DNA of 39,428 nt. Source: Candidatus Micrarchaeota archaeon. Its GTDB lineage: Archaea; Micrarchaeota; Micrarchaeia; Anstonellales; JAGGTN01. Made by a program: the position numbers and the translations under genes. Shown piece by piece: positions 20,645 to 30,650 of the stretch (its first letter is position 1; each line of letters starts with the position of its first letter). The notes below the pieces were generated by a model that saw only the letters and a list, made by a program, of their open reading frames with translations, was not told the DNA's origin and did not search any database. The stretch lies in contig JAGGTN010000017.1 of the NCBI GenBank assembly GCA_021163645.1, positions 1 through 39,428 of the forward strand. Direction: 5' to 3'.

Positions 20645-21808
20645 TTGTTTAGTATAACAATGAAAATAAGCAAAACCAGCAAGAATCCACTTGAAGTAAT
20701 AAAAGAGCAAAACCTATTACTAAAACGATTTGGTGAGAAAGGATTAGTAGTATATAGGTTAATAGGAGCCGAAACTACTATCGGTGAGCTTATGGACGTA
20801 ACAGGGCTCAATGAATCTGAAATAATGAAAATCCTTGAATTTATGGAAGAAAATAGGATGATTGACATCATAGGAGAACAGGCCAAAAAAGCAAAGGAAG
20901 AAAAGGAAATAAAAGAAACAAAAAGCATTAACGAAATACCGCAAGAGGAGGGAGAAGAAGAGGAAGAAATAAAGCCCACAAAACCTCCCAAAGATCTCGT
21001 AGGAGAAAAACCAAAAAATAAACAAGAAGAGGAGGGAGAAGAAGAGAGAGAGGGATTTAGAGAGACATTATCACCAATCGAACAAATGATTTATGATAAA
21101 TTCGGCAAATCAGGTGTTAAAGTATATAATATGATAGATGGTGAAAAGACCGCAGAAGAGATACTTAAAGAGGCAGGAATAAGTGAAGTCCGACTCGTAG
21201 AGATACTCGAATTTTTAGATAGTCAAGGGATAATAAAACTAGAAAAACCAAGTGAAAGAAAACCCAAGATAAATGAAATCGCGCCGATAACCGCTAGAGC
21301 TGAGGAGGAGGTTACAACAGAAGTTCCAACAAAAGAAATAATCCCTATCGATGTACCAATCAAGACAAAACTTAGCTTTTTAAAAACGATGAAACTCAAA
21401 ATGGATTTGAGGTTTAAATTAGGCAAGGATAGCGTTAAGATTTATGATAAGATAAACGGAAAGAAAAATGTTATTGACCTTGCAGTTGAAGATAAATTAT
21501 CTATATACTTTATCGATGCAGTGCTTGAATTCTTAGCAGACAGAAACGCCGCCATGTTTAAAACCCTTAAAAGAGAAGAGATAAGAGAGAGATATGGTAA
21601 TGAAGGTCTTACAATATATAAAAAATACGGCAGAGATGGTATATACATATATGAACTTATAGGAAAGATCCCGTCATTTAGAGAATTGGTGAATATTAGC
21701 GGAATGAATCCTGAACGCGTTGTTGATATATTTATTTATATACATAAAGTATTAGACATTGATCTCCCAGTATCAAGAGATATGTTATACAAAGAATTAG
21801 GATTGTGA
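20645..21808 (+). CDS. Protein with four repeated wHTH-like units and an acidic linker
   Basis: Repeat K.(F/Y/L)G..G..(V/I)Y..I.G......L.....(L/I).......ILEF occurs 4 times. Confidence 0.75.
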   Translation: MFSITMKISKTSKNPLEVIKEQNLLLKRFGEKGLVVYRLIGAETTIGELMDVTGLNESEIMKILEFMEENRMIDIIGEQAKKAKEEKEIKETKSINEIPQEEGEEEEEIKPTKPPKDLVGEKPKNKQEEEGEEEREGFRETLSPIEQMIYDKFGKSGVKVYNMIDGEKTAEEILKEAGISEVRLVEILEFLDSQGIIKLEKPSERKPKINEIAPITARAEEEVTTEVPTKEIIPIDVPIKTKLSFLKTMKLKMDLRFKLGKDSVKIYDKINGKKNVIDLAVEDKLSIYFIDAVLEFLADRNAAMFKTLKREEIRERYGNEGLTIYKKYGRDGIYIYELIGKIPSFRELVNISGMNPERVVDIFIYIHKVLDIDLPVSRDMLYKELGL

Positions 21809-21810
21809 AT

Positions 21811-22281
21811 TTAATTCTTCATCCGTTCTAACTTATGGACAGCCATATCTTCAAGAACTTGCTTCTCATAAACTGGATTCGGTTTTAAATCAACATCACT
21901 AAGTTGAACCAAGCCAAGAATATCAATAGATTTGGCCAAGAGTTCTTTTTCTTCTTTTTCACTATTTTTACTCTCTACTATGATGTAAAAAAACTGAGTT
22001 ATTTTTTTTATGCCTGCTTTTTTGATTGCCGTATCGAAATTATCATCACAAGCAAGCCATAATAAGAATTCATTACTATAATCAACTGCTCGGTTCGTTC
22101 TGTTATTAAATGCGTCCTTTGTATTAATATATGCCTGAAGCAATTGCCTTTCAGATACAATAATTTCTGGATTCACCAATTGGATTATCATTTCTATTTT
22201 TCCAAAATCCTTCTTTAACCTATGCAAATTCAAGAACAATTCATTTGGTTTCTGATTTGAAAGAGCTTTTTTTATTATCAT
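21811..22281 (-). CDS. cgi121: KEOPS complex subunit Cgi121
   Basis: IQLVNPEIIVSERQLLQA...NRA...EFLLWLA....F..AIKKAG. Confidence 0.8.
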   Translation of the reverse strand: MIIKKALSNQKPNELFLNLHRLKKDFGKIEMIIQLVNPEIIVSERQLLQAYINTKDAFNNRTNRAVDYSNEFLLWLACDDNFDTAIKKAGIKKITQFFYIIVESKNSEKEEKELLAKSIDILGLVQLSDVDLKPNPVYEKQVLEDMAVHKLERMKN

Positions 22282-22339
22282 ATGATTACTTCATCACAAT
22301 AGTTTTATAAAGATTCAGCGAATAAAAATCAAAAACATA

Positions 22340-22599
22340 CGAGCCCGGAGGGATTTTTGGGCCATATTGAGATTGATTCTCAATATGAGAACCCTCAACC
22401 TGCTGGTTTCCTCTTATTCACCACTCTTAATATCATCAGATTAACTTCTTTTGCTCTTTTTACGTTTCTTGTCATTTCTCGTTACATTTCTTCTTGATCC
22501 TTTTTCCGTTCCTCCTTTTTAGTGCAGGTTTTTCTTTCTTGTAAGAAAGAAAAATGTGCTCCGAAGCCAGCCGCGCTATCCAGGTTACGCTACGGGCCC
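22340..22599 (-). tRNA. tRNA-Arg(TCG) with two introns: 153 nt at 37/38 (22408-22560) and 32 nt at 56/57 (22357-22388)
   Basis: Spliced 75-nt cloverleaf GGGCCCG TA GCGT AACCTGGATA GCGC G GCTGG CTTCGGA CCAGC AGGTT GAGGG TTCAAAT CCCTC CGGGCTC G; central helices CTTC/GAGG and GGGT/GCCC with 3-nt bulges at the inferred cut sites. Confidence 0.93.
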
Positions 22600-22666
22600 G
22601 CAACAAATACATTTTATCTTTATAAATATTTAAATGTTTCAATTTTCCAAATTGAAATTTAATTGA

Positions 22667-23197
22667 TCAATCTTTCGCCTTAGCATAACAAATTTCTTTC
22701 TGGTAATCCATACTGACTAATTTCAATATCTTGTTTTCTTCGATCTCTTGGCATGACTGATTCATGTGCGTTATACTAGCTAAATCTATCAAACAATCAT
22801 TCTTAATAGACTTGCGATCAATCCTTTTACATATATCAACTAAACTGTTTATCTGTACTTGGTATGATTCATCATTTTTCTTTTTATACATTTCTTGATT
22901 GGCAGCTACAACCGCTATCATATGATAACAATCATTATTGAATTTTTCAACGTCGTTCTCACATATATCTAAAGCAATAGATGGATTATCTGGATTAATC
23001 ATATACTCATAGCTTGCTTTTCTCATGTAACAGTAATCTTTATTATATGCATCATGATACTGTTCACAATCTTGTTGGGGTGATAATCCAGTACAACCAC
23101 TAATACTTATAAACGCAAATAAAGCGAATGCAAACGCGAGGATAATTATTATATAAGTTTTCATTAATCTCATCTCCATATTATCATTCCCAGTCAA
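22667..23197 (-). CDS. Cys-rich secreted lipoprotein
   Basis: Lipobox-like ISGC; repeated C..(I)......C(Y) helical units. Confidence 0.75.
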   Translation of the reverse strand: MTGNDNMEMRLMKTYIIIILAFAFALFAFISISGCTGLSPQQDCEQYHDAYNKDYCYMRKASYEYMINPDNPSIALDICENDVEKFNNDCYHMIAVVAANQEMYKKKNDESYQVQINSLVDICKRIDRKSIKNDCLIDLASITHMNQSCQEIEENKILKLVSMDYQKEICYAKAKD

Positions 23198-23220
23198 TCA
23201 AATAATTATCAAACATACAC

Positions 23221-23470
23221 AATATCAAATCATCAATCATTTCATCATTCATCATCAAACCAGCCTCCCTCAAAATCCAACATCCTCGACGAAAAATCAA
23301 CCAAGCCCCAAACCAAATCCAATCACACAATCCCAACCAAAAACCAAACCAATCAAACAAACCAAATCAATCCAATCCAAGTCCAACCAATCAACCAACC
23401 CAATCACCAATCCCATCCGACCACAAATCAATCCAATCAAACAAACCCCGGTCCAAGAAAAAACAAAAAA
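23221..23470. repeat. A/C-rich mosaic repeat tract C
   Basis: CCAA/CCCAA/TCCAA modules; exact blocks shared with tracts A and E. Confidence 0.85.
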
Positions 23471-23473
23471 TCA

Positions 23474-24700
23474 TTACCTTCCAGTCATCTTATGACTCTC
23501 AAACATCCTTGGCTTATTCAACAATCTAAGGACCACTCTTCTAATACTCTCTGGTGGATAACCCAATTTAATAAATCTCGTATGGCCTCTAACCCCTCTT
23601 CCGCTCGCAGACAACGTAATAAGACCTAACATTTCTAAATCATTCAAATAATCTCTCAACCATCTAGATGTTCTCGGATGTTTAGAATATTTCTTACATA
23701 ACTTCTCATACATTTCGTATACCTCGCCTGAAAACAGCACATCATTTTCACCATATTCACCTATCTTACGATACCTACTTCCTTCTAGCATCAAATTTGC
23801 TATTGCTAACAATACTAACTGTTGATGCTCAGGTAATGTTGATATGATTTCAGCTGCTAGGTCTTCTTCAACACTCCTTCTCGCATCCACAACCTCTTTA
23901 TCAGTCACCTTACTTTTATTTTTATCATCTGATATCTCACCTGCTCTTAAAAGTAGTCTTAGCCCATATCGTGCATCACCCGTCTCCTGAGCTGTGACTG
24001 CTGCTACAAGATTAATCGCTGAATCAGTAACTGCCTTCTTCTTAAAACCTATCACTGCCCTTTGTTTGAGAATTACTTGAAGTTGAACAGCAGTGTAAGG
24101 GGCAAATATCATTTCCGTCTCGTAAAGACTGCTCTTACTCCTCGAATCCAGACTGTCTTTAAAAGATAATTTGTTTGATATACCTATCATAGATACACTT
24201 CCATTCTTAAGTTCATCATTCGCTCGTGTTAGTGAGTAGAGCAAATCATCGAGATCCTTTACCATATCAATTTCATCCAATACGATTACCAAACGAATCT
24301 TCTTCTTATTTATCCATTTTAATAATTTCTCATAAAGGAATGGCAATCCAAACCCTGACTTGTTCAACTCTGGCATGAATGTTTTTGCTATCTTCTGGAC
24401 TACCCTATATCTTGTGTTATACATCCTACAATTAACATAACACATTTTAGCGGTCTCTTTTCCCATGTCTATGAATTTAACCATTACATGTTTTACTGAG
24501 GCTGTTTTACCAGTACCTGTTTTGCCATATATAAAAAGATTATGTGGTTGCTGATCATTCAATGCAGGAGAGATAACTTTCATGATTTTCTCTATTTCCT
24601 TCTCTCTGAAAGGAAGGATTTCAGGGATATAATTAGGCGATAGAGCATCCCTATCTAAAAATACAGTAGGCTTGGATAGTATTTCATCAAAGCTAGGCAT
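23474..24700 (-). CDS. cdc6: Orc1/Cdc6 replication initiation protein
   Basis: Y.P..LPFRE, GKTGTGKT, YVNC, VLDEID, GDAR, C-terminal wH DLEMLGLI...GRGVRG.T. Confidence 0.96.
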   Translation of the reverse strand: MPSFDEILSKPTVFLDRDALSPNYIPEILPFREKEIEKIMKVISPALNDQQPHNLFIYGKTGTGKTASVKHVMVKFIDMGKETAKMCYVNCRMYNTRYRVVQKIAKTFMPELNKSGFGLPFLYEKLLKWINKKKIRLVIVLDEIDMVKDLDDLLYSLTRANDELKNGSVSMIGISNKLSFKDSLDSRSKSSLYETEMIFAPYTAVQLQVILKQRAVIGFKKKAVTDSAINLVAAVTAQETGDARYGLRLLLRAGEISDDKNKSKVTDKEVVDARRSVEEDLAAEIISTLPEHQQLVLLAIANLMLEGSRYRKIGEYGENDVLFSGEVYEMYEKLCKKYSKHPRTSRWLRDYLNDLEMLGLITLSASGRGVRGHTRFIKLGYPPESIRRVVLRLLNKPRMFESHKMTGR

Positions 24701-24774
24701 AGAAAGGTTTATAAGTAAAAGGCTTTTTAATCTTTATGTTCTATAAAATAACATAACAGAATATTTAATAAGAG

Positions 24775-25152
24775 GTGAGTAATATGGGAATATTGGAAAA
24801 GCTTACTGGTGGTTTTGGAGGAAATAAAAATATGAACATCGAAGAATATATAGATACAATGGAAATGGAAGAGATTGATGCACTACATGAACCAGCAGAT
24901 ATGTACATCAAACCAATCGCTCTAGAAAGAGTTGAAGACGTTGATGTTATTATAGATGAACTTAAAAAAGGTAATATAGTACTTCTAAATGTATCAAGAA
25001 TGATACGCTGGCCATCAAAACTCAAAAATTGTATAACATCACTTAAAACCTTTTCAACAAAGATAAATGGAGATATTGCTAGGATAGACGATGATAAGAT
25101 TATGCTAACTCCTAGAAGGATCAAGATTATTAAAAAGACAAAGAAAAGATAA
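24775..25152 (+). CDS. sepf: Cell division protein SepF (start probably ATG at 24784)
   Basis: ELKKGNIVLLNV...INGDIARI....IMLTP: archaeal SepF core. Confidence 0.88.
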   Translation: MSNMGILEKLTGGFGGNKNMNIEEYIDTMEMEEIDALHEPADMYIKPIALERVEDVDVIIDELKKGNIVLLNVSRMIRWPSKLKNCITSLKTFSTKINGDIARIDDDKIMLTPRRIKIIKKTKKR

Positions 25153-25171
25153 ATAATTAGATTTAATTCAT

Positions 25172-25948
25172 TTATTTATTCAGTCTATTAGCTTTAAGTA
25201 TCTTATTTATCTCGCTGAACAAGCCAGTCAATACCTTTGATTCTCTTTTACTTATTATCGTTCGACCAATGATATTATGAAAAGCCTGTTTCATTTTTGA
25301 CGGGAAAGTCAATCTGTCAGACATTAGTTCTACAAGATTATCATACATCTTAAATAGAACTTGTTTATCATCATATGATGCAATCTTATATCGCGTCTTC
25401 ACATTTTCAATACCCTTTACCTTATCCCTATTTCTCATTTTACTTACTTCATATAATACAACAGCAACTGCATGTGATAAATTCATAACAGGGTATTCTT
25501 CGGATGTTGGGATATACATGAATGAATCACATAAACCATATTCCTTATCATTAAGGCCTTTGCTCTCCCTACCAAAAACAATTGCAATCTCATTACTCTC
25601 TGATTCCCTTATAATACTTAATATTTCACTGATAGGCCTTGAGACCCGATAATTTTTCTCATATCTTACTGGAACACCAGTAGTCCCAATAATATATTGA
25701 CATCCTTTAACAGCATTTTCTAACTTATCAACGATATTTGCATTATCTAATATTCTTCTTGCATGTTTAGCGAACATATAAGCAGTATCATCAAGGGCTT
25801 TGGGCTTAACCAAGTATAGATTATCAAAACCAAAATTAGCCATAACCCTTGCAACTGAACCTATATTGATAGGAAATTCTGGTTCGACCAATACTACCCT
25901 AACATTAAACTTGATTCTAACCACCCCAGGCATATCTCCTCTCATCAA
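25172..25948 (-). CDS. trmJ: TrmJ/SpoU-family tRNA 2'-O-methyltransferase
   Basis: VVLVEP..P.NIGSVARVMANFG, VFGRESKGL, YPVMNLSHAV. Confidence 0.93.
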   Translation of the reverse strand: MMRGDMPGVVRIKFNVRVVLVEPEFPINIGSVARVMANFGFDNLYLVKPKALDDTAYMFAKHARRILDNANIVDKLENAVKGCQYIIGTTGVPVRYEKNYRVSRPISEILSIIRESESNEIAIVFGRESKGLNDKEYGLCDSFMYIPTSEEYPVMNLSHAVAVVLYEVSKMRNRDKVKGIENVKTRYKIASYDDKQVLFKMYDNLVELMSDRLTFPSKMKQAFHNIIGRTIISKRESKVLTGLFSEINKILKANRLNK

Positions 25949-25966
25949 ATCCCTATTATTTAATTT

Positions 25967-26659
25967 TTACAATTCTCTCCGAATAGGTAAACATTTTGTT
26001 CCTTTAATAACATACAACACCTCAAAAAACAGAGCCCTCTTAGATATGATTGATAAATCTAGGTTCTTAGAACTTGAAAACCTAAACAGATCATCAATAT
26101 CATTATTTGAACTAACCAGTAGATAAAAAACACCATTATCAGTTAAATGATTATTAACATGAGCCAAGAACCTATCTATGATCTCCCTGCCTTTGATCCC
26201 TCCATCTATATCAATATCCTTTTTATCATCACTTCGCTTATATACTGTTATGTCCTGCTGGGTATCTGATAGAGATTCAATAGGAACGTATGGCGGATTG
26301 AAAACAATTATATCTTTACCTCCACAAGGAACCTGATCAAATAAATCTGATTGAAAGACTTCCATTTTCATATTATTCAATCGTGCATTCATCTGAGTAA
26401 GTTTAACTGCAGATGGATTAATATCTACAGCAGTTACATCAAAATACTCTGCTAATAAAAGGCTTATTAACCCGGTACCACAACCTAACTCAAGCGCTTT
26501 TGATTTTACTTTTTCATAATTTTTATATTCAACAGAACATTCACTAAGAGATTCACCTAATTCTTCTTTTAATGTTTCAAATAAAAGAAATGTATCCTCT
26601 GATGGGGCATACACACTATCATTTAATTCTAAGTGATAACCATACATATCAACAGTCAT
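25967..26659 (-). CDS. HemK/PrmC (MTQ2-like) release-factor Gln methyltransferase
   Basis: VYAPSEDTFLL, LELGCGTG, FNPPY, GG..GREIIDRFL. Confidence 0.9.
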   Translation of the reverse strand: MTVDMYGYHLELNDSVYAPSEDTFLLFETLKEELGESLSECSVEYKNYEKVKSKALELGCGTGLISLLLAEYFDVTAVDINPSAVKLTQMNARLNNMKMEVFQSDLFDQVPCGGKDIIVFNPPYVPIESLSDTQQDITVYKRSDDKKDIDIDGGIKGREIIDRFLAHVNNHLTDNGVFYLLVSSNNDIDDLFRFSSSKNLDLSIISKRALFFEVLYVIKGTKCLPIRREL

Positions 26660-28320
26660 ATTATCAACACGCTCAAATCAATCTCACAAGCAGATACAGG
26701 CATCTGAATTCCAAATTTTTCCAATACATTTGGATGAACCTCCCCAATAAATCCAATCTCTTTATCATCAACAACGACATTCGCACATCGCCCAGGGATA
26801 AATGTCGGATGATTCATTCTCTTTATTTCTATATGATATCCTAATAATTTCATCGTCTTTGTTAAGATACGTTTTGTATCGGTAAAGGTTATCGATTCAC
26901 CAGACATGATGAATGAAAACATTTTATGGTTTACAAATATATTCTCATTCCTATCTGTACTACCTCTTCTAACAACATCAGAAATCTCAAATAATTTTAT
27001 TGGGTATGACCTTTCCCTATTAATACTTAATGAGCGAAGGAGTTCTGGTAGAAGCCAATATCTTACCATATTAACCTCTGTCGCTTTTGCTTTACTTATT
27101 CGCACATACACTTTACTATCAGGCATATAATTTGTCATATCAAATTGATATATTTTTGATGTTAATCCAAGAGTAAATGTTTCAAGGAACTCAAAACCAA
27201 TCATAATCTCTCTCATACGGTCTATCATAATTTCCTGATTAAATATATTTCCTATTGTAAATACAGGGCTCATTCGTGGCTCCAACCTATCATAAGTATA
27301 GGCCCTTCCTATATCATCAACGACATCTATTGGATGGATGATATCCACACGATACGGAGGGATTAATATCTTATTCTGTTTGATTATATAACCCATCTTC
27401 ACAAGAAAGTTGTTCATTGTTTTTTTATCCATCTTATCAATACCCAATATTTCAGATACATATTCTGGTTTGACATCAATACTCTCATAATTAAAATCTG
27501 GTGTGGTTGTAGTCTCTTTTTCATATTCTATTTTTACAGACATGATTTTACCTCCCATATCCTTAAACATACATGCGAGAATGTTAATCACATTCATAAC
27601 AGTTATCTTTCTTGTGCCTGTTACCTCAACAAAAAACTCCTTTGTATCCACTGTGATACGCCCTGATGTTTCTGAATTGATGATGGGAGGCATTGATAAA
27701 ACATCATTCTTAGAATCTACAAGAACAGGATATCGCTCTTTATTTTTAAGGAGATGAGCATATTCTCTACCAGTAGGATGTTTTGTAAGAATATCATCAC
27801 CTGTCATCTCTTTTAATGCTCCTAATGGAATGAATTTTATCATTTTTGGAATATACGCTGTAAATATTATTGGTGGTTTAATCTTATTCGATGGATATAT
27901 TCCAATCGCTGCTGCTTCCCTACCGCGACATAATGTATCATGTAATTTTTCTTGAACATATATCATTTCTTTAAGTTGTTCCTCTGTTATTTTTAACCCC
28001 TTAACCAAGAACCCACCAATATAAGGTCTTATACCACGTAATGACTGGTCAACCTTAATCACCCAATCTGATTTTTCATCTACCTTATATTGTTTTGGAT
28101 TTTCGATATCTAGATAATACCTGATAGCGCGTGCAAGACCGTATGACGACAATAGGTCTGGTCTGTCAGGAGTTATCTCAATCTTATATTCATCATCTGA
28201 GACACTATCTAATTCCATCCCAAACTGGAACAATAACTCCCATAACTGTTTATCATTAAGTTTTTTACCGAGCAATTCACTTAACTTATCCTTTTTAATA
28301 TCTAATATCGGCATATTCAT
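26656..28320 (-). CDS. pheT: Phenylalanyl-tRNA synthetase beta subunit
   Basis: PDRPDLLS, SMPPIINS, PPYRVDIIHPIDVVDDI, GEVHP. Confidence 0.96.
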   Translation of the reverse strand: MNMPILDIKKDKLSELLGKKLNDKQLWELLFQFGMELDSVSDDEYKIEITPDRPDLLSSYGLARAIRYYLDIENPKQYKVDEKSDWVIKVDQSLRGIRPYIGGFLVKGLKITEEQLKEMIYVQEKLHDTLCRGREAAAIGIYPSNKIKPPIIFTAYIPKMIKFIPLGALKEMTGDDILTKHPTGREYAHLLKNKERYPVLVDSKNDVLSMPPIINSETSGRITVDTKEFFVEVTGTRKITVMNVINILACMFKDMGGKIMSVKIEYEKETTTTPDFNYESIDVKPEYVSEILGIDKMDKKTMNNFLVKMGYIIKQNKILIPPYRVDIIHPIDVVDDIGRAYTYDRLEPRMSPVFTIGNIFNQEIMIDRMREIMIGFEFLETFTLGLTSKIYQFDMTNYMPDSKVYVRISKAKATEVNMVRYWLLPELLRSLSINRERSYPIKLFEISDVVRRGSTDRNENIFVNHKMFSFIMSGESITFTDTKRILTKTMKLLGYHIEIKRMNHPTFIPGRCANVVVDDKEIGFIGEVHPNVLEKFGIQMPVSACEIDLSVLII

Positions 28321-28395
28321 TCACCCTTTATTTCTCTCATGCTATTTTGATTTTATTTTATCTTTTAATCTCACTGTCATATAATAATTAAATTC

Positions 28396-29955
28396 TTATA
28401 ATTTAAATTCAGGTATTTTATAATTTCTCAACCAATTAACATCACAAGTGTGTCCAATTAATTTTCTAATATCATTTAAATTATACATAAGCATCGCTAA
28501 TCTCTCCAATGCAAGACCCCATGCAATTACAGGAACATTAATATTATATGGTGCAAGACTTTCTGGTCTAAACATCCCTGAATTACCAACTTCTATCCAT
28601 TTATTTAAGGTATTATGATACGCAAAGATTTCTGCTGATGGCTCTGTATATGGATTGTAGGTCGGCTTAAATCTTAGTTTATTTATCCCCATTTTATCAT
28701 AAAATTCTCTAATATAACCAAAAAGATCTCTCATTGTAAGGCCATCTGCTGCAATAAACCCTTCTATCTGATGAAATTCTGGAAGATGAAATTTATCTAT
28801 TGCTTCATTCCTAAATACCCTCCCAATTGAAAAATATTTAACAGGAGGAGAGATACCTGCCGCGAGAACCCTGAATGAAAGGCATGTAGTATGCGACCTA
28901 AGAATCAATTCTTTTGTAACATTTTCATCCCATAAGAATCGCCAGCCTTTAGATCCAGTTGTACCTCCTGTTTCATGGACCTCTTTAACCTTCCTAACAA
29001 GTTCCTTATTGTATATCTTACCTTTTATCCCTAAATAGAAAGTATCTTGAACATCACGTGCAGGATGATCCTGTGGGATAAACATAGCATCCATATTCCA
29101 AAAGACAAGATCTACCCAATCTCCTTTCATCTCTTGGAACCCCATCTCCCTAAAAACATCCCTAACATTCTCAGATACTAACCTTAACGGATGTTTTCTA
29201 CCTCCATCTATATCAGGAACTGGCGATTCAACATCGTAAGCTCTGAATGATTTCCCTTTCCACTCTTTATTAATTATCACGTCACGTGTGACACGATCGA
29301 TAAAATTAGTAGAAATGGTTTTGATCGCATTTTTCATCTTTTTACTAAGAGGAGTCAGCTTGATTGTGAGTATCTCTTTCTCCTTTTTTTCTATCAACCC
29401 TCTTTTAATGAGCTCTTTCTTCACTTTATCATCTTTAATATCATTGACTTGCCCAGTACTGCTCATCATGATTTTCTGAAGCACTTTCTTAATAGGTAGA
29501 GCATGAGAATAATCATACGACTTTTTTATTGTTAGAAATCCCTTATCAACAGTAATGAGGCCTAATTTCTTAAGTTCTCCTAATGCGATATTGGTTTCAG
29601 ATTTATCCAATGATGCCTTTGAAATTTCTGATACTCTTACACCTTTACCAACACTCCTAAGCCATGAAAATAACCTTTCTTCAGGAAGGCCTTGTTTGAC
29701 TATTTTTCTGCCCCTCTCTGTTATAACATAGACAACCTGATTTTGTTTAGACAGTTCAACAAGCCCTTTATTTTCAAGGTACATCAACGCTCTCTTAACC
29801 CCTACTTCATTCATTTTTACATTGTCTTTTTCATTCTCTTTCCTAATCAACTGCTCATTAGTAACTACCTTACTATCTGCCTGATAGAGAAATAATCTCT
29901 TAAGAAGTTCTATTTCATTTCTACTCAACATATTAATTATATCTTTATCTTCCAT
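28396..29955 (-). CDS. pheS: Phenylalanyl-tRNA synthetase alpha subunit
   Basis: PQDHPARDVQDTFY, FRNEAID.FHLPEFHQIEG, YNPYTEPS, WGLALERL. Confidence 0.97.
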   Translation of the reverse strand: MEDKDIINMLSRNEIELLKRLFLYQADSKVVTNEQLIRKENEKDNVKMNEVGVKRALMYLENKGLVELSKQNQVVYVITERGRKIVKQGLPEERLFSWLRSVGKGVRVSEISKASLDKSETNIALGELKKLGLITVDKGFLTIKKSYDYSHALPIKKVLQKIMMSSTGQVNDIKDDKVKKELIKRGLIEKKEKEILTIKLTPLSKKMKNAIKTISTNFIDRVTRDVIINKEWKGKSFRAYDVESPVPDIDGGRKHPLRLVSENVRDVFREMGFQEMKGDWVDLVFWNMDAMFIPQDHPARDVQDTFYLGIKGKIYNKELVRKVKEVHETGGTTGSKGWRFLWDENVTKELILRSHTTCLSFRVLAAGISPPVKYFSIGRVFRNEAIDKFHLPEFHQIEGFIAADGLTMRDLFGYIREFYDKMGINKLRFKPTYNPYTEPSAEIFAYHNTLNKWIEVGNSGMFRPESLAPYNINVPVIAWGLALERLAMLMYNLNDIRKLIGHTCDVNWLRNYKIPEFKL

Positions 29956-29957
29956 AC

Positions 29958-30290
29958 AATCAATCCCTAATCAACATCATTCATTTCATCATTAATCATC
30001 AAACCAACTTAACCAAATCAACCAACCTAAGCCAAACCAAGCCCAAATAAAAAATCAAATAAACATCATCAACCAAATCCAAACCTGAACACCAATCCAA
30101 GACCCAAACAATCCAAGCCCAACATCATCAAACAAAAAATAAAAAACAATCCCAACAAACCAACCAAACCAAATCAATCCCATCCAACCCCAAATAAAAA
30201 ATCAAATAAACATCATCAAACAAAAAACCAAAAACCAACCCCAACCAACCCAACCAAAAACCAACTAATCCAACCAAAAATCAATCATAC
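29958..30290. repeat. A/C-rich mosaic repeat tract D (longest)
   Basis: Same modules as the other tracts; internal exact 31-nt repeat 30042-30072 = 30189-30219. Confidence 0.85.
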
Positions 30291-30397
30291 ACATCCTCTG
30301 ACTTGCTTGCTCTTAATACATTTGTCATTCATCCTTCGCTTATCTGTAAACTCCTCTTTATCTATGATTTATCCAAGAATTAAATTTATATTAATTA

Positions 30398-30550
30398 TCA
30401 CTTCCTCCTAAAAAATCTTTCAAAAATACTAGAAGGTTTATTCATACGTTTGAGTACATAAGTCCTATGAATATCAGGATTCAATATAAGAAAACTCAAG
30501 ACCCTTTGTTTCTTTTTAGTTGATTTACGTTTATCATACATCTCATTCAT
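30398..30550 (-). CDS. Candidate small basic protein (50 aa)
   Basis: MNEMYDKRKSTKKKQRVLSFLILNPDIHRTYVLKRMNKPSSIFERFFRRK; GGGTG RBS-like element upstream. Confidence 0.4.
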   Translation of the reverse strand: MNEMYDKRKSTKKKQRVLSFLILNPDIHRTYVLKRMNKPSSIFERFFRRK

Positions 30551-30650
30551 ATTCTCGCACCCTTATCATCATGCTCATAAACATACACATTATTCTGCTC
30601 TTCCATGTCAAAGTAAGTTATGAGCAAATAATTTTATACGTACTTATTTT

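Noticed and set aside
23200-24780. Replication origin next to cdc6
   Set aside because: No recognisable ORB (TCCA.TGGAAA plus G-string) repeats; the upstream gap is only 74 bp. A non-canonical origin cannot be excluded.
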